Translations under genes and position numbers: made by a program
IMG/VR virus record: IMGVR_UViG_2648501787_000003
Direction: 5' to 3' (one strand)
DNA from: a virus
Taxonomy: Duplodnaviria; Heunggongvirae; Uroviricota; Caudoviricetes
Length of the DNA stretch: 14,605 nucleotides
Notes under the pieces: generated by a model
The model's database searches: none
Told to the model about the DNA's origin: nothing
The model's input: the letters and a program-made list of their open reading frames with translations, nothing else
Shown here: piece by piece, positions 1-7,509 of the stretch
Position numbering within the stretch: the first letter of the stretch is position 1
Layout of the letters: each line of letters starts with the position of its first letter

Positions 1-1118
1 AATGCTCCCATATCCGGTATCTGATTATCTCCTGTGCCCACATCCCTTTTCGCCGCTTCTCCCAAACCAAGGTATGAGAGAAGACCAGCGACATCCTTTC
101 CACTCAAATTAGTCAGCGTATTGTCCAGCGGTTGTTTACCTGCCAGCGCATTAAGCATTGTCGTGGCAAAGTTCGGATCATTCCCCAGTGCCGCCGCCAG
201 TTCGTTCAGTGTATCCAGTGCAGCAGGTGCAGACCCCACCATTGCTGCAATTGCCGATTTCACAAAAGCCGTGGTGGCAATCTGTGTATTGTTAACCGAC
301 TGTGCGGCAGTGGGGGCTGTTGGCGTTCCGGTGAGTGCCGGACTTGACAGCGGCGCTTTCAGTGCCAGCGCATTGTTAATGGTGGTACTGAATTTCGGAT
401 CATTGTTAATGGCTGCGGCTAATTCTTTCAGCGTGTCCAGCGTGGCTGGCGCACCATTAATCAGGGCCGTCAGTGCCGCCTGAACAAACGCGGTGGTCGC
501 AACCTGCGTGGTGTTATTCCCTGCCGCTGGCGTTGGCGCTTTTGGTGTCCCGGTAAACGTCGGACTTTCTTTCTGTGCATACTGTGAATGCGGGTCCGGT
601 GCGGCAAGATGTTTTGCCATCTGATCATCCACGTACACCTTCAGCTCCAGTACCTTGTCATCCACATACTTGCGGGTTGCCAGCACTACGGCAGGGTCGA
701 TTTTCAGGGTGATATTGTCCGTGCTGCTGGTAATCAGCACCATGCGCACGGTCTGGGTACGCCCGCTGCCTTCAGCCAGTTGCGGTTTATAGCTTTCCGG
801 GCAGTTCCCCACGGCAATCAATGCCCCTGACTCATCAAACAGGCCCACTTCACGTATCCACCAACCGCCCTCGTTTTCAGGGATCACCTGTTCAGCAATA
901 ATCTGGCTGCTGTTCTGCGGGTCGATATAGAGCATATTCAGCGCAGCCCGGCGTTTCTCATTTACCAGTGCCGTCTGCTTTGCGTCCGGCGTCGGCAATG
1001 CTCCGCCGCCATCGCCCACCGCCATATGGGTAATTTTTAGCGGCACACCGAGCGCGGCGGCGCTGGCAAGTTTCGCCGCGCCAATATCCGTCAGCAGGGT
1101 ATAAAATTTTGTGCTCAT
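1..1118 (-). CDS. H: Tail fiber protein gpH, N-terminal part (partial; C-terminal receptor-binding region lies beyond window start)
   Basis: ATG at 1118..1116 overlapping the stop of gene I (ATGA). Manual translation is open for 372 codons to position 1 (MSTKFYTLLTDIGAAKLASAAALGVPLKITHMAVGDGGG...) and matches my recollection of the P2 H N-terminus, including NDPNFATTMLNALAGKQP. Contains two tandem ~74-aa repeats. Absent from the ORF track because it has no in-window stop. Confidence 0.85.
   Translation of the reverse strand, partial: MSTKFYTLLTDIGAAKLASAAALGVPLKITHMAVGDGGGALPTPDAKQTALVNEKRRAALNMLYIDPQNSSQIIAEQVIPENEGGWWIREVGLFDESGALIAVGNCPESYKPQLAEGSGRTQTVRMVLITSSTDNITLKIDPAVVLATRKYVDDKVLELKVYVDDQMAKHLAAPDPHSQYAQKESPTFTGTPKAPTPAAGNNTTQVATTAFVQAALTALINGAPATLDTLKELAAAINNDPKFSTTINNALALKAPLSSPALTGTPTAPTAAQSVNNTQIATTAFVKSAIAAMVGSAPAALDTLNELAAALGNDPNFATTMLNALAGKQPLDNTLTNLSGKDVAGLLSYLGLGEAAKRDVGTGDNQIPDMGA
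142..522 (-). repeat. Internal tandem repeat within tail fiber gene H (two diverged ~222-bp / ~74-aa units)
   Basis: Plus-strand text from 142 (gccagcgcattaagcattg...ggatcattcc...) recurs from 364 (gccagcgcattgttaatgg...ggatcattgttaat...). Protein units TTAFVQAALTALINGAPATLDTLKELAAAINNDPKFSTT and TTAFVKSAIAAMVGSAPAALDTLNELAAALGNDPNFATT. Confidence 0.75.
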
Positions 1119-1720
1119 GGATTCACTCTCATTGTGTCAATAACATGGACCGCCCCGCCTTCATGCGCGGTGCCACCGGAAATAATCGTTTCGTTGATAT
1201 ACGGATAGATCGTGATTTCTTCGCCAAGATAGCTGGCGGCTCCCACCCAATGCGGGCCGCTGGTCTGCAGATTGATGGACATGCCGATCATGTGGCGGCT
1301 ACATGGTTTGGCATCGCTTATCAGTCGCTCAAGTTCCAGATAGGTATCTTCAGTGATGCCCTGGTCCTGCACGCCGATATCCAGGCGAAACGTGCCCGGT
1401 GCCTCTCCGGTTTGCCACCACTCAATAATGCGGATCAGAAAGCCGAACGGCTCCACCACCCGCCGCACGGCACTGGTGGTCCCTTTATGCTGATGAATAT
1501 AAAAAGCATCCTTCACCACCTGGCGCTTGACGCTTTCTGTCCAGCCCTCGTCCCAGCGATCCACAGAGAACGCCCAGGCGAGATAAGGCAGGAAACTGAC
1601 CGGACAGGTTGCCGGATTCCACAAGTCACGAAGCGGCACCTGCAGATCAGAAATCCCGCTGCAGGTTTGCGCCAGTCGGCGCTCCAGTGGTGTTGAACCC
1701 GGTGGCAGCAGACTATTCAT
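1115..1720 (-). CDS. I: Baseplate assembly protein gpI
   Basis: 201-aa ORF, ATG at 1720; position between J and H matches P2 order; start overlaps J stop by 8 nt (operon coupling). Confidence 0.8.
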   Translation of the reverse strand: MNSLLPPGSTPLERRLAQTCSGISDLQVPLRDLWNPATCPVSFLPYLAWAFSVDRWDEGWTESVKRQVVKDAFYIHQHKGTTSAVRRVVEPFGFLIRIIEWWQTGEAPGTFRLDIGVQDQGITEDTYLELERLISDAKPCSRHMIGMSINLQTSGPHWVGAASYLGEEITIYPYINETIISGGTAHEGGAVHVIDTMRVNP

Positions 1721-2621
1721 CCGTTCCTCCGTTGGTTACGCTCCACTGCGTACATGATGCCGCCTGTGTTTTGTTCAGGACCACATCCGCCAGAGGAGAA
1801 GCCAGCTCCACACGCTGCACACCCTCAACATGCAGGGCGGCAAAGATGGCGCTACGGCGAATATCCCGACCAAGACGCGTCTGACTGGCGATGTACTTCT
1901 GCAGGCTGGCTTTTGCCGCTGCCATTACCGGCTCTGCTTCCGGTCCCGGATAGAGAAAAATGGTGGCTTCCACGCGATACGGGATGATTTCTGCGCTGCG
2001 AACCGTAAGACGGTCAGCCACCGGGCGGACGTTCTCACTGTTCAGAGCTTTTTCCACCACGTCCAGCAGGTCTTTTTCTGCAGTTCCATCGCCTTCGCGG
2101 CTAAGGACTGTCAGCACCACCTCTGCAGGTGCCGGGCTGGTTGCACTGGCATCCGCCACCCGACCGTCGGCGCTTCGGGCATGAAATTCATAAGCTGCAG
2201 TTGGCCCCGCAACTGAAAGCCCTTCAAAGGCTGCAGGCACACGCAGGCGTAACGCTTCATCGCTTTCCATCACAGCTGCAACGGGCGGCACAGCGTCATT
2301 ATCAGCAGGCGTCACCGTCAGGCGTTTCACGTTGTAGTTGGCAGCGAGCTGGTCAAGATCGCTGCCCATCGCGTAAGCCACCATCACAGCCTGCGCGGCT
2401 TCGTTAATGCGCTGGCGCAGAAGCAACTCACGGTAAGCGTTCTCCTGCAGCAATTTGGTGACGGGTTCAGATTCCAGTTTCAGCGTGCGGATCACTGCTT
2501 CCTGCTCATCTTTCGGATGAAGCGCAACAAATTCGGCCTTGCGTTCGGCAAGCAGCGTCTCAAAGTCCGGCACATCCACAATCTGCGGCGCAGGCAACTG
2601 CGAAAGGTCAATCACTGCCAT
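1713..2621 (-). CDS. J: Baseplate assembly protein gpJ (gp6-like wedge)
   Basis: Track ORF is 1713..2660; I place the start at the internal ATG at 2621 (MAVIDLSQLPAP...), preceded by CAGGAGCAGAGA (SD GGAG at ~8 nt). About 302 aa, similar in size to P2 gpJ; start overlaps W stop. Confidence 0.8.
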   Translation of the reverse strand: MAVIDLSQLPAPQIVDVPDFETLLAERKAEFVALHPKDEQEAVIRTLKLESEPVTKLLQENAYRELLLRQRINEAAQAVMVAYAMGSDLDQLAANYNVKRLTVTPADNDAVPPVAAVMESDEALRLRVPAAFEGLSVAGPTAAYEFHARSADGRVADASATSPAPAEVVLTVLSREGDGTAEKDLLDVVEKALNSENVRPVADRLTVRSAEIIPYRVEATIFLYPGPEAEPVMAAAKASLQKYIASQTRLGRDIRRSAIFAALHVEGVQRVELASPLADVVLNKTQAASCTQWSVTNGGTDE

Positions 2622-2967
2622 TCTCTGCTCCTGTTGATACGGAAAGGGAAACAGGCACACCGTTATTACGCCGCCCGCTCAGCGCCACCACCATTGAACC
2701 GTCAAAATTGCTGTTGATGGTGATGGAATCCAGCGTCATCCGTGGCTCCCAGCGACTCAGCGCCACATACACTGCCGACATGACCTGCAGGCGTAATGCC
2801 GGATTTTGTGGCTGGTCTATCAGTGCCGACAGCAGGGAACCATATTCACGGCGAGCAATGCGGCTACCCTGCGGCGTCAGCAGAATGTCCCGCACCGACT
2901 GGCGCAGATGGTCAATATCAGTAATGGCTTTACCGCTGGTATTGTTCATCCCGCTATAAAGCGTCAT
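2608..2967 (-). CDS. W: Baseplate wedge protein gpW (gp25-like)
   Basis: 119 aa; ATG at 2967 overlaps V stop (ATGA); SD GGAGG ~9 nt upstream. Sequence resembles P2 gpW (…GSRIARREYGSLL…DQPQNPAL…). Confidence 0.85.
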   Translation of the reverse strand: MTLYSGMNNTSGKAITDIDHLRQSVRDILLTPQGSRIARREYGSLLSALIDQPQNPALRLQVMSAVYVALSRWEPRMTLDSITINSNFDGSMVVALSGRRNNGVPVSLSVSTGAENGSD

Positions 2968-3542
2968 ACCGGGCCTCCGGTTGTATCGCCGCCTTTCAGG
3001 ACGCCAGTATGCTGATGCGCATCAACCACGATCCCGTTAGAACTCATCGCTCCGCCGCCCTGGGTAACGCCACCATTGATCACCACTTCGCTGTTAATGC
3101 GCGTGCGGTCAGCCTCCAGTACAAACTCACTGGTTTTCATGGTGATGTTGTCAGCGGCCTCAATGACCATTGATTTGATGCCCCTGACATACCAGCGCCC
3201 GGTGGCGGGTTCATATTCAAACCAGCCACCGTCAGGATGTTCTGTCACGCAGGCGTCCGCCGACGTCGACGGTGGTGCGAACTGATTCGAATAGACAGCG
3301 GGCAGCGCAAAGGCAGTCTCCAGATTGCCGCCCAGACTCAGCAGCACCACCTGCTCACCTTCTGATGGTTTCCACCATGTGCGGGCATTACCCGCGCGCA
3401 GCGTCAGCCAGTTAATCCAGTTAGTTTCAAGGTCGCCCGTTTTCACCCGGCAAAGCCAGTTTGTCCTGTCCACTTCGGTGACTACCCCAGTGCGGATCAG
3501 GTTGGTGATAAGGCGCATGATTTCGGTTAATTGTGCGTTCAT
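2964..3542 (-). CDS. V: Baseplate central spike / assembly protein gpV
   Basis: 192 aa, ATG at 3542; resembles P2 gpV, including the C-terminal HxH (AHQHTG) motif; first gene after the S-V intergenic dyad. Confidence 0.85.
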   Translation of the reverse strand: MNAQLTEIMRLITNLIRTGVVTEVDRTNWLCRVKTGDLETNWINWLTLRAGNARTWWKPSEGEQVVLLSLGGNLETAFALPAVYSNQFAPPSTSADACVTEHPDGGWFEYEPATGRWYVRGIKSMVIEAADNITMKTSEFVLEADRTRINSEVVINGGVTQGGGAMSSNGIVVDAHQHTGVLKGGDTTGGPV

Positions 3543-3587
3543 AGGGAAAGGTTGCCATCAGGGGAAGAAAGGCGGCAGTGCTGCAAC

Positions 3588-3607
3588 TTGTATCAGTGCT
3601 GATACAA
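3588..3607 (-). promoter_or_regulatory. Perfect 9-bp inverted repeat with 2-bp spacer containing TGT-N12-ACA; candidate Ogr/Delta-type late-activator site (P_V-like)
   Basis: ttgtatcag-tg-ctgatacaa in the 68-bp S-V intergenic region; TGT at 3589-3591 and ACA at 3604-3606. Dyad centre is only ~55 bp from the V ATG, so the promoter geometry is unverified. Confidence 0.4.
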
Positions 3608-3610
3608 AAA

Positions 3611-4057
3611 TCACCCCGCCAGCCATTGCAGAATCATGTCGCGGGTCATTGCCTCAACATCATCATTTACACCCAGAAGGCGACGCTCTGCGTAACGGAC
3701 CTCCGGTCCTTTGCGGCTGACGCGATCACGTAAGCCGTAGTGATGAACACGGGCAATGCGCTGTACCTTGCCTTCAAACTGCACGCTGGCAGAGTCGGCG
3801 CTGGCGGCAGTTTTCAGGTATTTTGTGGTGCGCAGCTTTGTAAACATCTGACGTTTGATGCGCCCCTTTTTGCTGCGTGCTGTTACCCTGCGCGGCTCAT
3901 AACTGCTGCCATCAGGATTGCGCTGCATCCTGATGTTCTGCTGCTGTGTCCGGCGCAGTTCCTGCGCCAGCTGGCGCATCATGCGGCTTCTTGCGGCTGG
4001 CTCCAGATTCGCCAATAATGCACTCAGCCAGTTGTCCACCTTCTGCAGTTCAGCCAC
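3611..4057 (-). CDS. S: Tail completion protein gpS
   Basis: 148 aa, basic; position between R and V matches P2. Track start at 4057 is a GTG overlapping the R stop; exact start is uncertain. Confidence 0.75.
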   Translation of the reverse strand: MAELQKVDNWLSALLANLEPAARSRMMRQLAQELRRTQQQNIRMQRNPDGSSYEPRRVTARSKKGRIKRQMFTKLRTTKYLKTAASADSASVQFEGKVQRIARVHHYGLRDRVSRKGPEVRYAERRLLGVNDDVEAMTRDMILQWLAG

Positions 4058-4481
4058 GTTTCACCGTCCACATTTCTTCAGGTTCATCAGGTTCCGCTAC
4101 CGCTTCAACGTTCGACACACTGCCGTCAGTGCTGACTAGCACACGCTCCGTCAGTTGCAGGTTAAGGCTGATATCACAGACATCGTTGCGCAGAATATCC
4201 ACCTCAAAGGTGAATAGCTTTTCCCGTAACGCCGGGTTATTGATGGCATCGGGCTGGTTATCCCGCAGCCACAGCAAAACCGGGGCCATCAGCAGATTCT
4301 GGTCGCCGCTGAAATCCTCAATCACCACGTTCAGGGTGTAGCGGTACTCCCATGACATGGAGCTGGCCCCCGTGGCAACCAGCGAACCGTTATCCACAAA
4401 CAGATGCAGTTTGTCCGGGTTATTGCGGACATAAGGCACCGCTTTATTGAGGGCGTGGCGCAGGGATTGTGGTTTGTTCAC
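4050..4481 (-). CDS. R: Tail completion protein gpR
   Basis: Track ORF is 4050..4502 (TTG). I prefer GTG at 4481, preceded by AGGAGCGAAACA (SD AGGAG at 7 nt). Resulting N-terminus VNKPQSLRHALNKAV... aligns with the P2 gpR N-terminus (…KPDSLRRAL…), as do FVDNGS and NQPD. Confidence 0.8.
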   Translation of the reverse strand: MNKPQSLRHALNKAVPYVRNNPDKLHLFVDNGSLVATGASSMSWEYRYTLNVVIEDFSGDQNLLMAPVLLWLRDNQPDAINNPALREKLFTFEVDILRNDVCDISLNLQLTERVLVSTDGSVSNVEAVAEPDEPEEMWTVKRG

Positions 4482-4734
4482 TGTTTCGCTCCTGACACGC
4501 AATAATCATGTCCACTTTGTCTGCACAGACCGCCCAGGCGGCCTCCGTTTCATCCAGCAATGCGTTCAGATCACCGTTAGTGCGCGGCGCTGTCTGATCC
4601 AGCCGACACGGCGTCACTCGCGGACAACCACTGACGGTAAGCTGCACCTCCGGTGAGTGCCGGACGTTCCCGCAGCCGGATAATGTCAGCAGGCAAAGGA
4701 GTATCAGCCCAGCGGCGTAAATCCTCGTTCTCAC
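4444..4734 (-). CDS. lysC: LysC / Rz1-like outer-membrane spanin lipoprotein (embedded overlapping gene)
   Basis: 96-aa ORF in an alternate frame, overlapping the 3' part of lysB and the 5' end of R. GTG start at 4734 with SD GAGGAA ~8 nt upstream. N-terminus has a hydrophobic signal peptide and lipobox LTLSGC; Pro/Thr-rich as in Rz1 proteins. Confidence 0.6.
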   Translation of the reverse strand: MRTRIYAAGLILLCLLTLSGCGNVRHSPEVQLTVSGCPRVTPCRLDQTAPRTNGDLNALLDETEAAWAVCADKVDMIIACQERNSEQTTIPAPRPQ

Positions 4735-5005
4735 GTTTCAGTTCCTCGATCCGGCGTTGTCGTTGTCTCAGCTGTGCGCTGGTCTGTTCTGCTTCGGCAT
4801 AGAGCCGCGCCTGCTCCCGGTTATTGGTTTCAGTCAGAATGGACAGGCTGATAAGCTGGCTGTTGCTCTTTGCCAGTGCCTGGCTTTTGCTCTGCAGCTC
4901 GTTTGCCTGCGTGCTGATGGTCTGGCTGGCATCAGCCAGCCGCCACGTCTGCCAGCCCAGCGCCGCCAGTAATAACGCCAGCACAACCAGCAGCAACCGG
5001 TTCAT
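4577..5005 (-). CDS. lysB: LysB / Rz-like inner-membrane spanin
   Basis: 142 aa; N-terminal signal-anchor MNRLLLVVLALLLAALGW, then a charged Q/E/R-rich coiled-coil region; ATG at 5005 overlaps the lysA stop (ATGA). Confidence 0.75.
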   Translation of the reverse strand: MNRLLLVVLALLLAALGWQTWRLADASQTISTQANELQSKSQALAKSNSQLISLSILTETNNREQARLYAEAEQTSAQLRQRQRRIEELKRENEDLRRWADTPLPADIIRLRERPALTGGAAYRQWLSASDAVSAGSDSAAH

Positions 5006-5379
5006 GCTGCTACCTGTTGCGCCATCTGATTACGGGTGATCCAGAAGGCAATAACGGTCAGCAGATAAAAGACCAGGGTAATAGCCCACCCCGTCCATGC
5101 GAGACTTACAACAATCAGCAATCGCATCACCCAACAGATAAATACATTTTCTTTTCGGGTAATTGTCTTCAGCAAAGATGTCCTTAACTCCTGCCAGAGC
5201 GGGCCATTCTGAATTAACGCAGCCAGTGCTACCGGAATTACCGCCCATGTCAGCAAACAGGCTACCCAAACGCCGGACGCTGCCAGTACCGGAAAGATCC
5301 CCTGCGGATACACCATTGCTGCGATTAACAGCGCCATCCATAACATCAGAAACAGTCCGCTGATTAATTTCTTTTTCAT
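5002..5379 (-). CDS. lysA: LysA-like integral membrane lysis-timing protein (approximately four hydrophobic helices)
   Basis: Track ORF is 5002..5451; I place the start at ATG 5379 (MKKKLISGLFLML...), immediately after the endolysin stop, with GGGAG upstream. Several hydrophobic helices; position matches P2 lysA. Confidence 0.6.
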   Translation of the reverse strand: MKKKLISGLFLMLWMALLIAAMVYPQGIFPVLAASGVWVACLLTWAVIPVALAALIQNGPLWQELRTSLLKTITRKENVFICWVMRLLIVVSLAWTGWAITLVFYLLTVIAFWITRNQMAQQVAA

Positions 5380-5380
5380 T

Positions 5381-5893
5381 TCAGTTTGCTCCCTGTAAAC
5401 ACCAGGCCATCTCCCGCGCACGGCGGTTATCCAGCCCCTGATTAAACACACCTTTTACATAAACCCAGCGCGGCAACTGTCGGCACGCATCCGCCCAGCG
5501 CCGCTGATTGAGCAATTTCACCAGCGTGGAACTACAGGCATTGCCCGTCCCCACGTTGAAGGCAAACGACACCGTAGCGTCATACACCTTCTGTGGTGGC
5601 TGTTGCTTCACACACCTTTCCAGTGCCCGCTCCACACGCAGCACGTTGGAGATCAGCCCTTCTGCTGCCTGTCGTTCCGTGATTGTTTTGCCGGGAATGA
5701 CGCCCGACGTATTACCAATGCCGTCGGTCCAGACACCCGCGCTGCACTGATACGGCTGCAGACGACAACCTTCGTAATCGGCAATCAGTTTCAGCCCTTC
5801 CACGGAGGTGTGAAGCTGCTGAAAACCCGGCAGCGTGGCAGCAATAGCCAGCACGGCCCCGACAAGGCAGCGTTTAACGATTGATGGATTCAT
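5381..5893 (-). CDS. SAR-type endolysin (T4-lysozyme/GH24 fold, P1 Lyz-like)
   Basis: 170 aa. Gly/Ala-rich N-terminal hydrophobic segment (CLVGAVLAIAATLPGF) typical of signal-arrest-release domains. The catalytic region EGCRLQPYQCSAGVWTDGIGNT aligns position-for-position with T4 lysozyme E11-D20-T26 as E41-C50-T56, with additional Cys9 and Cys43. Confidence 0.85.
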   Translation of the reverse strand: MNPSIVKRCLVGAVLAIAATLPGFQQLHTSVEGLKLIADYEGCRLQPYQCSAGVWTDGIGNTSGVIPGKTITERQAAEGLISNVLRVERALERCVKQQPPQKVYDATVSFAFNVGTGNACSSTLVKLLNQRRWADACRQLPRWVYVKGVFNQGLDNRRAREMAWCLQGAN

Positions 5894-6089
5894 AGTCCTC
5901 CCGCGAGATCTGCCCGTCGCGCAGAAGCTGGTAGGCTTTGTGTTTGTAGTACCAGTTGATAGCCAGCATCAGCACACCAATCATCAGGCCGCCCAGCGTT
6001 GAGGCATCCTTGATGGACAAATCGCCCAGCCAGGCCAGCACAACGGCGATGCAGTACGTGATAAAGGCGCTGATTCGCTCAAGCGTCAT
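5874..6089 (-). CDS. Small two-TM holin (candidate pinholin)
   Basis: 71 aa; two hydrophobic helices (ISAFITYCIAVVLAWLG and GGLMIGVLMLAINWYY) and a charged C-terminal tail; directly upstream of the endolysin and overlapping it by 20 nt. Confidence 0.65.
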   Translation of the reverse strand: MTLERISAFITYCIAVVLAWLGDLSIKDASTLGGLMIGVLMLAINWYYKHKAYQLLRDGQISREDYESINR

Positions 6090-6092
6090 AAT

Positions 6093-6296
6093 TCAGTCCC
6101 ATAGCTGGACGGTCTGCACGGTGGTGGTGGCCGGAATGTCCGGCAGCTCCACCTGCAGCCCGTGAGGTAAAAAGGGGCCATATTCGGCAAGCCCCGGATT
6201 TGCCTTCAGTACCTGCTCCGTGACACCCTGCGTGCGCCCGTAATGACGCCAGCAAAGCGCGTCCACCGTGTCATACTGATGCGCACGCACTTTCAT
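6093..6296 (-). CDS. X: Tail protein gpX (LysM-like)
   Basis: 67 aa; resembles P2 gpX (…DTVDALCWRHYGRT…ANPGLAE…LPHG…VELPD…); ATG overlaps the L stop (ATGA). Confidence 0.8.
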   Translation of the reverse strand: MKVRAHQYDTVDALCWRHYGRTQGVTEQVLKANPGLAEYGPFLPHGLQVELPDIPATTTVQTVQLWD

Positions 6297-6760
6297 CAGA
6301 TAAGCTCCACTGTACAGTGCGGCGCATCCTGCACCCGGCTGATGGCCCAGCGGGCGTCACGCCACAAATCACCGCTGGATTCCGCCAGTTCCTCGCCTCG
6401 CTTCACACCGGATGCCGTGGCGTCATAGTCCTGGTATCGTTCGTTGAGCATGGCGCGTGCCCAGCAGTAAACCGCGTTGAAATAGTGCTGAATGCGCTCA
6501 CTTTTCCCGTCCAGCTGTTCTGCCGGAACCTCTGCCAGCGAGGCATACCCCAGCATCTGCTGGCGTCTGCGAAACTCATACAGCTCTGCGTTGACCTCCG
6601 AAATTGCCGACAGCGCAACCTGCTTTAAACGCGGCTGCGTCACCGTGCCGTCAGTGCGCATCACGCTGCGAAACTCCGACAGGTCCACATCAGGCCAGAA
6701 CGGTGTATTTCTGATGATTTCCGCCTGTTCCGGTGCCTGTTCTGGCGCAACAAACTTCAT
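6296..6760 (-). CDS. L: Capsid completion / head stabilisation protein gpL
   Basis: Resembles P2 gpL (…NAELYEFR…LWRDARWAISR…). Start chosen at ATG 6760 (MKFVAPEQ...) with SD CAGGAGAAAGCAGC; the track's longer form (6823) begins at a GTG with no SD, so the start is uncertain. Confidence 0.8.
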   Translation of the reverse strand: MKFVAPEQAPEQAEIIRNTPFWPDVDLSEFRSVMRTDGTVTQPRLKQVALSAISEVNAELYEFRRRQQMLGYASLAEVPAEQLDGKSERIQHYFNAVYCWARAMLNERYQDYDATASGVKRGEELAESSGDLWRDARWAISRVQDAPHCTVELI

Positions 6761-6855
6761 GCTGCTTTCTCCTGAAATAGAGGGCGGTGGACGGAGTTTT
6801 GATGTGGCTGTGCCTTTCGCCACCCCGTGCCGCCCGTGCGCGGGGGCACGTTCTG

Positions 6856-7506
6856 TCAGCGGCTGTCATTGCGCAGTCTGCGCTCCAGCTGCTGTTTGTC
6901 TTTTTTCACGCCACAGCGGGGATCGAGCTGCAACGCATGGTTGAGATGGTTAAGGGCGGAAGCCGGATTGCTTTCACTCAGGACAGCGCCAATCGCTTTA
7001 TGCAGACGCGCCCGTGACTGGTCCGGCATATCCAGACCGTCTGTCAGCTCCAGCGTCTGCAGCAACAGATCGGCATCAAAGCCGGTGGCGGCAAGCATTG
7101 CGCTCTGCGCCGCGTCTGCCATTTCCTCTGCCAGCACGGTCTGCACATTGCGGTTACCCAGTGGCATCACCCAGCCATGACGCAGGGCATGACATCCGAT
7201 CTCCAGCGCCCCGGCATAATCTCCGGCATCAATGCGCCACAGCATCACGTACATCAGCACGTCATCCTGTTGAGTGCCTCCGGCAGCCAGGACGCCCTCT
7301 GCCCAGGCGGCGTACTTCGGCAGCAGCTCCACCTTGATTTCCGCTTTTTTGACCGTGGACTGAACACCCTTGAGACGGCGGCGGTCTTCCGCCAGTTGCA
7401 GCAGCATCAGGTCATAGCCCGACGCGTGGAGAACACTGCCGCCCTCGCGGGCGGCCTGTTCAGCCTGAACGCGCAGGCGATGCTGCCGTGCGGGACTCAG
7501 GCTCAT
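6856..7506 (-). CDS. M: Terminase small (endonuclease) subunit gpM
   Basis: 216 aa; resembles P2 gpM (…QDD.LMYVMLWRID.GD.AGALEI…, GVKK near the C-terminus); ATG at 7506 lies 4 nt after the N stop. Confidence 0.85.
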   Translation of the reverse strand: MSLSPARQHRLRVQAEQAAREGGSVLHASGYDLMLLQLAEDRRRLKGVQSTVKKAEIKVELLPKYAAWAEGVLAAGGTQQDDVLMYVMLWRIDAGDYAGALEIGCHALRHGWVMPLGNRNVQTVLAEEMADAAQSAMLAATGFDADLLLQTLELTDGLDMPDQSRARLHKAIGAVLSESNPASALNHLNHALQLDPRCGVKKDKQQLERRLRNDSR

Positions 7507-7509
7507 GGA

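Noticed and set aside
34-483. Plus-strand ORFs 34..483 (149 aa, Ala/Ser-rich) and 132..347
   Set aside because: They lie antisense to the tail fiber H reading frame. The low-complexity Ala/Ser composition is a mirror of the H repeat region, and there is no RBS or context supporting a gene.
1109-2407. Plus-strand ORFs 1109..1696, 1609..1884, 1754..1987, 1830..2216, 1960..2184 and 2129..2407
   Set aside because: All are antisense shadows of baseplate genes I and J, which have clear P2 similarity and operon-style overlapping starts. GC-rich coding DNA generates long antisense ORFs.
3588-3607. The S-V inverted repeat as an intrinsic terminator
   Set aside because: The stem is AT-rich with essentially no loop and no T-tract on either strand. 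The exact TGT-N12-ACA spacing fits a late-activator binding site better.
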